NCBI GenBank assembly: GCA_021734445.1 | Contig: JAIPIY010000003.1 | Coordinates: 1 to 62,075 of the forward strand | Direction: 5' to 3' | Length of the DNA stretch: 62,075 bases | Source: Minisyncoccota bacterium | GTDB taxonomy: Bacteria; Patescibacteriota; Minisyncoccia; Phycocordibacterales; UBA1006 | Part shown: positions 25,989-35,765 of the stretch, in pieces | How positions within the stretch are numbered: the first letter of the stretch is position 1 | How the letters are laid out: every line of letters starts with the position of its first letter | Made by a program: the position numbers and the translations under genes | Notes under the pieces: model-generated | Database searches by the model: none | Seen by the model: the letters and a program-made list of their open reading frames with translations, nothing else | What the model was told of the DNA's origin: nothing

Positions 25989-27173
25989 ATGCGAATACTA
26001 GGTATTGAAACATCTTGTGACGAAACATCTTTGTGTATTTTGGATTCAATGATTGATCCAGAAACTGGAAACACAACGTATATAAATCGGGCGCATATTA
26101 TTGTGTCCCAAGCATCTCTGCATGAAGAATATGGGGGAGTTTTTCCTGCGATGGCAAAACGTGAACATCAAAAAAATATCATCCCTGCGCTGGGCGAACT
26201 TTTTAAAAAATTAGGTGAAACTGAAAATAGACAAACAGTATTTTCTGAAAAATCAAACGAACTACAAAATATTCTGGAACGTGAACCTACTGTATATGAA
26301 TTTTTATCACAGCAGATTGATGCACATAATAATCCAAACATAGACGCAATTGCAGTGACTCATGGCCCTGGATTGGAACCCGCGTTATGGGTGGGTATCA
26401 ACACTGCGCGTGCATTGGCGCATTTGTGGGATATCCCAGTGATTCCAGTAAACCATATGGAGGGTCACATTTGGTCAGCATATGCAAACGAAGAATCTTT
26501 TTCATTACCAAATACTGCCGAATTCCCCATTATTGCATTATTGGTATCTGGCGGTCATACTGAATTAGTTTTAGTAAAAGATTTCTGTGATTATGAAATC
26601 ATAGGTCAGACAAAAGACGATGCATCAGGAGAAGCTTTTGATAAAATTGCACGGTTGTTGGGATTACCTTATCCCGGTGGTGTACATATTTCACAGCTTG
26701 CAAAAATTGCCCGGGGTAATGGACAACCTAATCCTTTTACCTTTCCACGCCCAATGATGCACACACCAGATTTTCTTTTTTCTTTTTCAGGGTTAAAAAC
26801 TGCTGTTCGTTACACTATAGACAAAGAGGTCATAAAAGACTCAAATATTTTATCTTCAGAAATTTTTCAACAACATATAGCACGGGAAACCGAAGATGCA
26901 ATTGTAGATGTTCTGACTGCAAAAACTATTCGTGCTGTAGATCAATATCAAACCAGAACCTGCATCATTGCCGGTGGAGTATCTGCAAACGCACATTTGC
27001 GAACTGTTTTAAAAAATAAATTAGAAACAATGCACGTAACATTATTGGTTCCACCACTGTCATTGACTGGAGATAATGCATTAATGATTGCACTGGCAGG
27101 ACATATTCAATATAAAAAACACCCTGACACCGTCGTTGACGATATCAGGGCTGTTGGGTCACTTTCCCTCTGA
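25989..27173 (+). CDS. tsaD: tRNA N6-adenosine threonylcarbamoyltransferase TsaD
   Basis: MRILGIETSCDETS start, VTHGPGLEPALWVG, HMEGHI and GGVSAN motifs. It is somewhat longer than typical, with an insert around KLGETENRQT... Confidence 0.85.
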   Translation: MRILGIETSCDETSLCILDSMIDPETGNTTYINRAHIIVSQASLHEEYGGVFPAMAKREHQKNIIPALGELFKKLGETENRQTVFSEKSNELQNILEREPTVYEFLSQQIDAHNNPNIDAIAVTHGPGLEPALWVGINTARALAHLWDIPVIPVNHMEGHIWSAYANEESFSLPNTAEFPIIALLVSGGHTELVLVKDFCDYEIIGQTKDDASGEAFDKIARLLGLPYPGGVHISQLAKIARGNGQPNPFTFPRPMMHTPDFLFSFSGLKTAVRYTIDKEVIKDSNILSSEIFQQHIARETEDAIVDVLTAKTIRAVDQYQTRTCIIAGGVSANAHLRTVLKNKLETMHVTLLVPPLSLTGDNALMIALAGHIQYKKHPDTVVDDIRAVGSLSL

Positions 27174-27229
27174 ATTAAGATATACTTTTAAACCTTTGAA
27201 AAATAAAGTTTATTTGGTATTATATGTGC

Positions 27230-29941
27230 ATGTCATTACCTGATAAATTTTTAAAACCCTTTGATGCTCAATCTATCGAAGACGGACTGTATGCAAAATG
27301 GCTTGCCAGTGGTCTTTTTAATCCTGACGTGTGCATAGAAAAAGGTTATACAAAACCTGATGCAGAATCTTTTAGCATTGTCTTACCTCCCCCAAACGTT
27401 ACAGGAACACTGCACACTGGTCATGCATTCATGCTGGCTATCGAAGATATTATGGTTCGCTACAACAGAATGCAGGGTAAAAAAACACTTTGGATTCCTG
27501 GAACCGACCATGCGGCTATTTCTACAGAATCAGTTATCGTAAAACAATTATCAAAAGAAGGAACAACAAAATTTAAAATCGGGCGAGAAGAATTTTTGAA
27601 ACGAGTAAACACATTTGCACAAGAATCTCATGATACCATTGTAGGACAAACAAAAAAAATGGGTGCATCATTGGATTGGTCCAGAGAAGCATTTACATTA
27701 GATGAACAACGACATCGTGCTGTGGTGACTGCGTTTAAAACCATGTATGACGATGGGTTGATTTATCGTGGTGATCGTATTGTAAACTGGGATCCAAAAG
27801 GACAAACAACCGTTTCAGATGACGAAGTAGATCGCGAAGAAGAGACTTCTAAATTTTACTATTTCAAATATGGGCCTTTCGTAATCGGAACTGCCCGACC
27901 AGAAACAAAATTTGGTGACAAATATGTTGTAATGCATCCTGATGATGCTCGTTTTTCTGAATATGCTCATGGACAAAAAATTGAATTAGAATGGATAAAT
28001 GGGCCAATGACTGCAACTGTTATCAAAGATACCGCTATTGATATGGAATTTGGTACTGGTGTGATGACTATTACTCCATGGCACAGTGCTATCGACTTTG
28101 AAATTGCAGAAAAATATAATCTAGACAAAGAGCAAATTATCGATATGTATGGGAAATTATTACCTATTGCTGGAGAATTTGCAGGAATGAAAATAGAAGA
28201 AGCTCGTGCAAAGATTGTTGAAAAATTGGATGCAAAAGGTCTTTTGGTAAAAATAGAAGATAACTACAAACACCAAAAAGCAATATCTCAGAGAACAAAA
28301 GCAACTATTGAACCTCAGATCATGAAGCAATGGTGGATTGATGTTAACAAACCTATTGCAAAAAGAGACAATCTTTCGTTAAAAGAATTGATGTTACGTG
28401 CGGTACGCGAAGATGGTGTAGCTATTATCCCCGACCGGTTTGAAAAGATTTATTTCAATTGGATCGAAAATCTCCGCGACTGGAATATCAGCCGACAAAT
28501 TTGGTACGGACACCAAATCCCTGTTTGGTATGATAAAGAAAATAATGTGCATTTGCCTCGTGAGCAAAAATTTATTTTTACTCGACATGGGGAAAGTCAG
28601 GCAAACCTGGATAAAGTATACGCGGGACAAGCAGACAGTCCGTTAACCACATTAGGTAAGGAGCAAGCACTTGATACCGCAAAGAAACTTCATGGAAAAA
28701 ATATTTCAAAGATTATATCATCTGATTTAAGTCGTGCATATGATACAGCCCAAATTATTGCAAAAGAATTAGGGATAGATAATATCGAAACATGGAAAGA
28801 ACTTCGTAATATGGATTTAGGTAATACTACTGGCACTCCGCTACCAGACAACAGCACTTCTTCAAAATTTACAAAAAAAACAATGATCGATATTGGCATA
28901 GAGTATAGTGATGGAGAGACGCTACAAGACCTAGAAAAACGGGCGCACGAAGTAATCAAAAAACTACAGAAATCATCTTCCGAAGGAGTCATTCTAATTG
29001 TTGGACATGGTCAATTTACTAGAATATTGCTCAGTGTTTTAAATGGTGATAAGGGTAATCAAATTCTTGATAATCAAAGAAAAATAACAATAGACAATTT
29101 GCAAATTTATGAAAAAACTTTATTTTTAAATCCAACAGGAGAAAATTTAACTCAGGATTCTGATACTTTGGATACCTGGTTTTCTTCTGGGTTATGGACA
29201 TTTTCAACACTTGGCTGGCCAGAAAATACAAATGATTTAAAAATATATCATCCAACATCAATATTAGAAACGGGTCACGATATTATTTTCTTTTGGGTTG
29301 CACGTATGATTTTGATGAGTACCTATTTATTAGGTGAAATTCCATTCAAAACAGTATACATGCACGGAATGGTTTTGGATAAAAATGGAAAGAAAATGAG
29401 TAAATCAAATCCAGAAACAGCTATTGATCCCCTGCTAACGATCGAAAAATACGGGGCTGACGCATTGCGTATGGCAATGATCGTTGGTGTTGGCCCTGGT
29501 CAAGACGTAACATTGTCAGAAGACAAAATCAAAGCCTACAGTAAATTTGCAAACAAAATTTGGAATGCAACCCGATTTGTATTAGAGCAAACCAATGCAG
29601 ACGATTTGCAAACAAAACCTGTTTTAGATCAAGAACACGCAGAATATATTAATCAATGGAATACACTGTCTACAGAAATCACAAAAGAAATGGATGAATT
29701 CAGATATTATCTGGTGTCTGAAAAATTATATCATTTCTTCTGGCACACGTTTGCAGATATTGTTATCGAAAAATGTAAATCAGATATGAACGATTCTGCA
29801 CGGTACACATTGCGATATCTGTTACACAGACAATTGATTACACTGCATCCATTCATGCCATTTATTACCGAAGAAATTTGGAGCTCTCTTTATCCAGACG
29901 GTGATCTTTTAATGATAACACCATGGAAATCAGCGGAGTAA
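27230..29941 (+). CDS. valS: valine--tRNA ligase with an inserted histidine-phosphatase domain
   Basis: HIGH-type PPPNVTGTLHTGHAF, the KMSKS box GKKMSKSNPE, and WNISRQIWYGHQIPVWY. Between that and DTLDTWFSSGLW lies an insert of about 190 aa starting FIFTRHGESQANL (nt about 28570-29140). Confidence 0.9.
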   Translation: MSLPDKFLKPFDAQSIEDGLYAKWLASGLFNPDVCIEKGYTKPDAESFSIVLPPPNVTGTLHTGHAFMLAIEDIMVRYNRMQGKKTLWIPGTDHAAISTESVIVKQLSKEGTTKFKIGREEFLKRVNTFAQESHDTIVGQTKKMGASLDWSREAFTLDEQRHRAVVTAFKTMYDDGLIYRGDRIVNWDPKGQTTVSDDEVDREEETSKFYYFKYGPFVIGTARPETKFGDKYVVMHPDDARFSEYAHGQKIELEWINGPMTATVIKDTAIDMEFGTGVMTITPWHSAIDFEIAEKYNLDKEQIIDMYGKLLPIAGEFAGMKIEEARAKIVEKLDAKGLLVKIEDNYKHQKAISQRTKATIEPQIMKQWWIDVNKPIAKRDNLSLKELMLRAVREDGVAIIPDRFEKIYFNWIENLRDWNISRQIWYGHQIPVWYDKENNVHLPREQKFIFTRHGESQANLDKVYAGQADSPLTTLGKEQALDTAKKLHGKNISKIISSDLSRAYDTAQIIAKELGIDNIETWKELRNMDLGNTTGTPLPDNSTSSKFTKKTMIDIGIEYSDGETLQDLEKRAHEVIKKLQKSSSEGVILIVGHGQFTRILLSVLNGDKGNQILDNQRKITIDNLQIYEKTLFLNPTGENLTQDSDTLDTWFSSGLWTFSTLGWPENTNDLKIYHPTSILETGHDIIFFWVARMILMSTYLLGEIPFKTVYMHGMVLDKNGKKMSKSNPETAIDPLLTIEKYGADALRMAMIVGVGPGQDVTLSEDKIKAYSKFANKIWNATRFVLEQTNADDLQTKPVLDQEHAEYINQWNTLSTEITKEMDEFRYYLVSEKLYHFFWHTFADIVIEKCKSDMNDSARYTLRYLLHRQLITLHPFMPFITEEIWSSLYPDGDLLMITPWKSAE

Positions 29942-30645
29942 CTCTGGAACATATTGGATATGCCATTTTAGGCGGCGTTGGTCCGGTTTTGTTGTGGTTA
30001 TGGTTTTGGTTACAAGAAGACCGCAGGCATCCAGAACCTCGTAGTATTATTTTTCTAGTGTTCCTGGCTGGTGCAACCAGTGTTGCTTTTATTATCCCAT
30101 TGGAAAACGCAATTGGAGCATTCATTCATGAGCCTTGGTGGCTATATGGTGCACTATCCAGCGTGGAAGAAATTGGAAAATTTGTTGTGGTTGCCGTTAT
30201 TGCATTTCGAGGATCTTTTATTGACGAACCAACAGACTACGCAATTTACATGATTGTAGGTGCATTAGGGTTTGCGGCTATGGAGAATGTTTTATATCTA
30301 TTAGATCCATTGTCATCCAATAATATTACCATTGCATTATTAACTGGAAATTTACGATTCTTAGGAGCAACAGTATTACACGCTGCAGCCAGTAGTATTA
30401 TTGGATTATCATTAGGATTAGCTTTCTGGAAAGGTCGTGCAGTCAGTTTTGTATATTTGATTATAGGATTAATAGGTGCAATTGGATTGCATACTGTCTT
30501 TAATTTTTTTATAATAGGATCACAGAATAACATTTTTCCAATATTTGCTGGGCTATGGGTTGTGGTAATCTTTATTCTTTTGATTTTTGAACGTGTCAAA
30601 GCATTACAAGCGCATCATGAGGAGATGCATGAAAATCTTTTATAA
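29923..30645 (+). CDS. prsW: PrsW-family intramembrane protease
   Basis: Polytopic, with the EEIGKF glutamate pair and a HTVFNF motif typical of PrsW. Confidence 0.6.
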   Translation: MEISGVTLEHIGYAILGGVGPVLLWLWFWLQEDRRHPEPRSIIFLVFLAGATSVAFIIPLENAIGAFIHEPWWLYGALSSVEEIGKFVVVAVIAFRGSFIDEPTDYAIYMIVGALGFAAMENVLYLLDPLSSNNITIALLTGNLRFLGATVLHAAASSIIGLSLGLAFWKGRAVSFVYLIIGLIGAIGLHTVFNFFIIGSQNNIFPIFAGLWVVVIFILLIFERVKALQAHHEEMHENLL

Positions 30646-30662
30646 GGTATAATATAATTACT

Positions 30663-31121
30663 ATGAAACGAAAACGATCATTTTTTGAGAGATTAACAGG
30701 TAGCGTCAATATGGACGAAGATGAAGTTTTTGAAGATGAAGAAGAAGCTGCATACGAAACTGAAACCGAAGAATCTGTCGAATCAGAAGGTCAATTAGGT
30801 GTAGATGTATACGAAACACCTCAGTCTATTATCATCAAAGCAATGATTGCAGGTGTTACACCAGAATCTTTAGATATTTCATTATCTCGTGAAGTCATCA
30901 CAATACGAGGACACCGAGAGGCGGTAGACCATGTACATGAAAATGATTATTTTTTACGCGAACTATATTGGGGATCATTCTCAAGAACCATTATATTACC
31001 CCAAGAAATAGAAATGGACGAAGCAGAAGCTTTAGAAGAACATGGACTGCTAACCCTGACTCTACCAAAAATCGATAAAGAAAAACAACGAACATTGTAC
31101 GTAAAATCAAATCAGGATTAA
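30663..31121 (+). CDS. Hsp20/alpha-crystallin small heat shock protein
   Basis: Acidic N-terminus, then an alpha-crystallin core (VDVYETPQSIIIKAMIAGV...LSREVITIRGHRE...GSFSRTIILPQEI...GLLTLTLPK). Confidence 0.85.
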   Translation: MKRKRSFFERLTGSVNMDEDEVFEDEEEAAYETETEESVESEGQLGVDVYETPQSIIIKAMIAGVTPESLDISLSREVITIRGHREAVDHVHENDYFLRELYWGSFSRTIILPQEIEMDEAEALEEHGLLTLTLPKIDKEKQRTLYVKSNQD

Positions 31122-31139
31122 AAACTACCCTCATAATCA

Positions 31140-31168
31140 AAAAAGAACCCATCTGGGTTCTTTTTTGA
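31140..31168 (+). terminator. Rho-independent terminator
   Basis: AAAAAGAACCC-ATCT-GGGTTCTTTTTT. Confidence 0.7.
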
Positions 31169-31185
31169 TTATGAGATTTTTTTTG

Positions 31186-31258
31186 TGCTCGGGACCAGAC
31201 TCGAACCGGTGACCTATCCCTCTTCAGGGGAGCGCTCTACCAACTGAGCTACCCGAGC
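31186..31258 (-). tRNA. tRNA-Phe (anticodon GAA)
   Basis: GCTCGGGTAGCTCAGTTGGTAGAGCGCTCCCCTGAAGAGGGATAGGTCACCGGTTCGAGTCTGGTCCCGAGCA. Confidence 0.9.
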
Positions 31259-31266
31259 AATATATA

Positions 31267-31533
31267 CTATCTTTTTGGCATCAGATTATTAAACTGATCT
31301 CCTGCATTTTGAATGTCTTCCATACTTCCCTGTATTTGCACATACGCATCAGAAATGGTTTCAATATAAGGTTGCATGTAATAATAACCGAAAATCGCTA
31401 ATCCTGCAAGTATCAAAAGATATACTGTTCTTTTGAATCTATCCCAGCGTTGCGCAGACCGAAGACCCTTGAGAATCTTGTTATTCTCTTTGGTTAATTC
31501 AAGAATTTCTTGTAGTGTATCCCCTTCTTGCAT
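31267..31533 (-). CDS. small hypothetical membrane protein
   Basis: 88 aa with one central hydrophobic helix (VYLLILAGLAIFGYYYM). Confidence 0.4.
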   Translation of the reverse strand: MQEGDTLQEILELTKENNKILKGLRSAQRWDRFKRTVYLLILAGLAIFGYYYMQPYIETISDAYVQIQGSMEDIQNAGDQFNNLMPKR

Positions 31534-31613
31534 GCAAAAAGTATATCATATTTTCTTAAAATATCAAAAATAAACATGGGAAAAATATATGTAAAATGTT
31601 ATCATATATTCAT

Positions 31614-32255
31614 ATGAAAATTACAAAACTTGGGCATTGTTGTTTATTGATCGAATACAAAAATAAAAGAATATTAACTGATCCTGGTTCGTATAGTGTT
31701 TCTCAGAACGAAATTTTTGATCTGGATTTAATTCTCATAACCCACGAACATCCAGATCATTTGCATGTGGAATCCCTGGAAACTATTTTGAAAAATAATC
31801 CCCTTGCAAAAATTATAACTAATACATCTGTTGGCAAAATCCTTTCTGAAAAGAATATTGATTTTGATATTTTAGAAGACCAGCAATCTACTTCTTTTGA
31901 ATCAATAATATTAGAAGGTTTTGGTACCGAACATGAAGAAATTTATCAAGAGCTGGGTAAAGTAGAAAATACAGGATATTTTATTGATAATAAACTATTT
32001 TATCCTGGTGATGCTTTTACCAACCCTATGAAGCCTGTTGATATTCTTGCTCTGCCTATTGTTGCCCCATGGACAACATTTAAAACTGCCATGGAGTATG
32101 TTTTGGAAATAAAACCCAATATTGCCTTTCCTGTACATGACGGAATGATTATCGAAGGCAGATCCGGCCCTATTTACCGATTACCTCCACAGATTCTAGA
32201 ATCACATAATATCAAATTTATACCATTACAAAATGGTGAGAATATTGAGGTGTAA
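31614..32255 (+). CDS. MBL-fold metallo-hydrolase
   Basis: ILITHEHPDHL (the HxHxDH motif) at the expected position; ATG at 31614 (MKITKLGH) preferred. Confidence 0.65.
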   Translation: MKITKLGHCCLLIEYKNKRILTDPGSYSVSQNEIFDLDLILITHEHPDHLHVESLETILKNNPLAKIITNTSVGKILSEKNIDFDILEDQQSTSFESIILEGFGTEHEEIYQELGKVENTGYFIDNKLFYPGDAFTNPMKPVDILALPIVAPWTTFKTAMEYVLEIKPNIAFPVHDGMIIEGRSGPIYRLPPQILESHNIKFIPLQNGENIEV

Positions 32256-32260
32256 GGATT

Positions 32261-32848
32261 TTATTGTTTGATTACTCTAAATTCTCCTTCTTTTAGAGTA
32301 ATAAGCTCTAGGTCTTCTTTATAATTTTTAAAATCAGAATATATTTTATCCCAATCAATATTTTGAGGCTCATCATCAAAATAACTTGATTTCCAATGAG
32401 GAATAAACTTTATGGGTAACAATCCAAGACCATCCCCATTTCTATTAGTTTTTGTAACAAAATAATATCTAGAAATTACCTCAGCACCAGCAGAAGTACC
32501 AGCCAGTACTTTTCCATCAAGCTCTTTTAACCAATTTAGATTTTTAGTTAATAAATCCATAAGTGGACGAGTATGTCCACCACGTAAGAATATTACATCG
32601 GAATGTCTAACTTGGTCAGTAAAAATATTTTCATCTGCTAGCTCTATTTCAAAATCAGAAATAAATTTAGAAAAATATTCTCTATCTCCTATGATCTTTT
32701 CTTGCCGTTGTTCTTTTGGAACAGCAAAAAGACAGATGAGTATTTTAACAGGCTTGTCAGTAAAATCTTTTACAAGTTCAGATACAAAAGCTCTACCATT
32801 ATCTGGTGCTGCATGAACTTTGCCTCCCACTAAAACATATTTAATCAT
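32261..32848 (-). CDS. peptidase S51 (dipeptidase E)-like protein
   Basis: VIFLRGGHT and LAGTSAGAEV resemble the S51 nucleophile region. Confidence 0.45.
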   Translation of the reverse strand: MIKYVLVGGKVHAAPDNGRAFVSELVKDFTDKPVKILICLFAVPKEQRQEKIIGDREYFSKFISDFEIELADENIFTDQVRHSDVIFLRGGHTRPLMDLLTKNLNWLKELDGKVLAGTSAGAEVISRYYFVTKTNRNGDGLGLLPIKFIPHWKSSYFDDEPQNIDWDKIYSDFKNYKEDLELITLKEGEFRVIKQ

Positions 32849-32943
32849 AAATATAATTTTATCATCATTTACCCAAAATTTCTATCAACAAAGACTCTTT
32901 GAAGTACACACTAAATGCGTTGCTCCAGATTTTCTCTTTTATG

Positions 32944-33015
32944 TGCTCCCGGCAGGAATCGAACCTACAACTATTCCTTAGGACGGAACTGTTATATCCA
33001 TTTAACTACAGGAGC
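32944..33015 (-). tRNA. tRNA-Arg (anticodon CCU)
   Basis: GCTCCTGTAGTTAAATGGATATAACAGTTCCGTCCTAAGGAATAGTTGTAGGTTCGATTCCTGCCGGGAGCA. Confidence 0.85.
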
Positions 33016-33024
33016 AAGATCAAA

Positions 33025-33051
33025 TAAAAACACCCATTATGGGTGTTTTTA
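33025..33051 (-). terminator. terminator hairpin (bidirectional shape)
   Basis: AAAAACACCCA-TTA-TGGGTGTTTTT downstream of the glutaredoxin-like gene. Confidence 0.6.
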
Positions 33052-33076
33052 TCATAACGTAATTTAGATGATATGA

Positions 33077-33316
33077 CTAGGCAGCCAAACCAAGTAATTC
33101 AGAAATCTTTTCTTTATCAAAACCAACAATCAAATCATTTTCAATCATGATTACGGGTACACCCATTTGTCCTGATTTTTCAATCATTTCAGATCGTTTT
33201 TCTGCGTCAGCACCCACATTGTGTTCTGTAAAAGAAACATTATTCTCTTTGAAAAAATCTTTTGCAAGATTACAATACACACATGTTGGTGTTGAATAAA
33301 TTGTTACATTCTTCAT
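33077..33316 (-). CDS. glutaredoxin-like (NrdH/YruB-type) redoxin
   Basis: 79 aa; TIYSTPTCVYCNLAKDFF CxxC motif; GVPVI...G thioredoxin-fold pattern. Confidence 0.75.
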   Translation of the reverse strand: MKNVTIYSTPTCVYCNLAKDFFKENNVSFTEHNVGADAEKRSEMIEKSGQMGVPVIMIENDLIVGFDKEKISELLGLAA

Positions 33317-33377
33317 ATCTTAAAACTAAAACTTATATTTATAATACTTTTATTATAGCAAATATAGTATTTTTTTT

Positions 33378-33752
33378 CTAGTCTATACCCAACCAACGCC
33401 ACAAGAAAAATTTACGCCTTTTCGGTTCTTCCGCGTCATCTTCTTTTGAATCTACAATAAGAATTAACGATTCACCTGGTTGGGTAATTCGAAACCGATT
33501 ATGTAATTCTTCTTCTTGACCACGTTCTGTTCGGAGAAAATCCAACGAGGACACTAATTCTTCTTCTTTTTCTTCTATCCTTTCTAACTCCTCCTTTTTT
33601 TCTTCGGTAACCTGTTTTACATATTGTAATCGCATATGCATACGAATAGCAGAATAACCAAACAAAATAACCAACAAAAACAAAACTCCGATCATAATTG
33701 GAGAAGCAATGACCCGTAAAATTCTTCGCAAGGCGATAATAATATATTGCAT
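33378..33752 (-). CDS. FtsB/DivIC-like septum formation initiator (tentative)
   Basis: N-terminal TM helix followed by a Glu/Lys coiled coil. Confidence 0.35.
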   Translation of the reverse strand: MQYIIIALRRILRVIASPIMIGVLFLLVILFGYSAIRMHMRLQYVKQVTEEKKEELERIEEKEEELVSSLDFLRTERGQEEELHNRFRITQPGESLILIVDSKEDDAEEPKRRKFFLWRWLGID

Positions 33753-33809
33753 GTGTGTATAGTATACCCTATATACGATTTTCTGAAAAATATGCTATAC
33801 TATTTACAT

Positions 33810-33917
33810 ATGAATATTTTTGAAAGTAAACACAGAAAAAAATTACGGGGTATTTGGATCGTTTTAGTAATATTGGTTATTGCCAGTATGATTCTTTTGT
33901 ATACGCCTATTTTCTAA
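33810..33917 (+). CDS. possible 35-aa membrane micro-protein
   Basis: ATG..TAA ORF MNIFESKHRKKLRGIWIVLVILVIASMILLYTPIF (below the ORF-track cut-off); a TATACT box lies upstream. Confidence 0.25.
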   Translation: MNIFESKHRKKLRGIWIVLVILVIASMILLYTPIF

Positions 33918-33921
33918 CAAA

Positions 33922-35724
33922 TTAGTCTCCTGTGCGCATCATTTTCAGAAACACATCATGAGGAATGTGTACTTTGCTTTTTCCTAGACTTTCCATCTTC
34001 TTTTTACCTTTCTTTTGCTTTTCACGAAGTTTCATTTTTCGTGTAATATCTCCACCATACATGTGCTGTGTAACATCCTTTCGAAAGGCTTTAATTGTCG
34101 CGGATGACAAAATACGCCCCAATGCCTTACCTTGGATTTTCATGACAAACTGTTGCCGAGGCATAATTTCTTGTAATTTCTCGACGGCTTTTTCAGCTTC
34201 TTCTTGGGCACGTCTACGAGAAACAACCCGAGTAAAAGCAACAACGGGTTCATCAGCGATCAAGATATCCAACCGTACCACATCCGCAGAACGATATTCT
34301 CCTATTTCATATGAAATAGATGCATATCCTGATGAGGCACTTTTTAATGTATCAAAAAACCCTCTCATTAATTCCCGAAGAGGCATTACTGCATCAATTT
34401 CAGAACGATCATCTCCAAAGCTTTCTGTACGACTGGTTTCTGCTTCGTGTTCGTATAACAACTGAGCAATTGTTCCTAAATATTCTCGTGGAGTAATGAT
34501 ACGCACATTTACCCAGGGTTCTTCGATAGATGCTGTTTCCCCATCATTTGGGAATAAATGTGGCGAATAAATAATTTCTTTTTTTCCTGTAGTTTTACGA
34601 ACGATATTATATGTAATACTTGGACTCGTGATAATTAATTGTAAATCAAATTCTCGGTGTAATCGTTCGCTAATAATTTCAAGGTGTAGCATCCCTAAAA
34701 ATCCAACACGAAAACCACGACCCAATGCACCCGAACTTTCTTCTTCATACGAAAAAGAAGAGTCACTGAGCTTTAATTTTCCTAAAGCGGATTTCAGATT
34801 GTCAAAATCATCCTGACTTTCGGGATATAATGATGCCCACACCACTGGTCGTGGTTCTTCATAGCCTGACAATGCGTCTAATTGGTCTTTAAATAGGGTT
34901 AATGTGTCTCCTACGCGTGCAATACCTGGTTTTTTGATACCTGTAACAATATAGCCAATTTCACCTGCCACGAGCTCATCTTTTGGAAATTTCCCTGGCG
35001 AAAAGATTCCCACTTCGGTAGTGATGCATTTTTCTCCAGCAACTTTAAAAATTAGCTGATCATTCTTTTTTACCTTTCCATCAATAATACGCACATATAC
35101 AATAACGCCCTGATGGTTTGAATATTCAAAATCAAATACTAAAGCTCGAAGGCTTTTAGATCCTGAAACTAATTCAACAGGATGAGGTACTTTCTCGATA
35201 ACATTTTTTAATAGTGCATCCACACCTTCGCCAGTTTTTCCTGAAACCTCCATAATATCATCGATATCACAATTCAATAACCCTGCTAGTTCCAGTTTTG
35301 TATCATCAATTCGCGCCAAAGGAGAATCAACTTTTGTTAATACAGGAATAATAGTCAAACCAAAACGTCGTGCCATTCCCAGCGTAGTAAAAGTCTGAGC
35401 CTGAACACCCTGAGTCGAATCAACCAATAGTAATGATCCTTCTACAGCTTTTAACGCACGAGATACTTCGTACGAGAAATCAATATGCCCCGGGGTATCA
35501 ATGAGATTCAAAATATATTTCTGCCCCTCGTGAGTATATGCCATACGAACCGGTTGCATTTTAATGGTAATACCTCGTTCTTGCTCCAACTCCATAGAAT
35601 CTAAAACCTGATCACGCATATGGCGTTTATCAACAGTTTCAGTATTCTCTAGCATGCGGTCTGCCAAAGTACTTTTCCCATGATCAATATGGGCAATAAT
35701 GCTAAAATTTCGTATATGTTTCAT
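33922..35724 (-). CDS. lepA: elongation factor 4 (LepA)
   Basis: IRNFSIIAHIDHGKSTLADR, DTPGHIDF and a LepA C-terminal domain; 600 aa. Confidence 0.95.
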   Translation of the reverse strand: MKHIRNFSIIAHIDHGKSTLADRMLENTETVDKRHMRDQVLDSMELEQERGITIKMQPVRMAYTHEGQKYILNLIDTPGHIDFSYEVSRALKAVEGSLLLVDSTQGVQAQTFTTLGMARRFGLTIIPVLTKVDSPLARIDDTKLELAGLLNCDIDDIMEVSGKTGEGVDALLKNVIEKVPHPVELVSGSKSLRALVFDFEYSNHQGVIVYVRIIDGKVKKNDQLIFKVAGEKCITTEVGIFSPGKFPKDELVAGEIGYIVTGIKKPGIARVGDTLTLFKDQLDALSGYEEPRPVVWASLYPESQDDFDNLKSALGKLKLSDSSFSYEEESSGALGRGFRVGFLGMLHLEIISERLHREFDLQLIITSPSITYNIVRKTTGKKEIIYSPHLFPNDGETASIEEPWVNVRIITPREYLGTIAQLLYEHEAETSRTESFGDDRSEIDAVMPLRELMRGFFDTLKSASSGYASISYEIGEYRSADVVRLDILIADEPVVAFTRVVSRRRAQEEAEKAVEKLQEIMPRQQFVMKIQGKALGRILSSATIKAFRKDVTQHMYGGDITRKMKLREKQKKGKKKMESLGKSKVHIPHDVFLKMMRTGD

Positions 35725-35765
35725 AAACTATAAATGTATCCACAGCCTACCATATTTTATACCAA

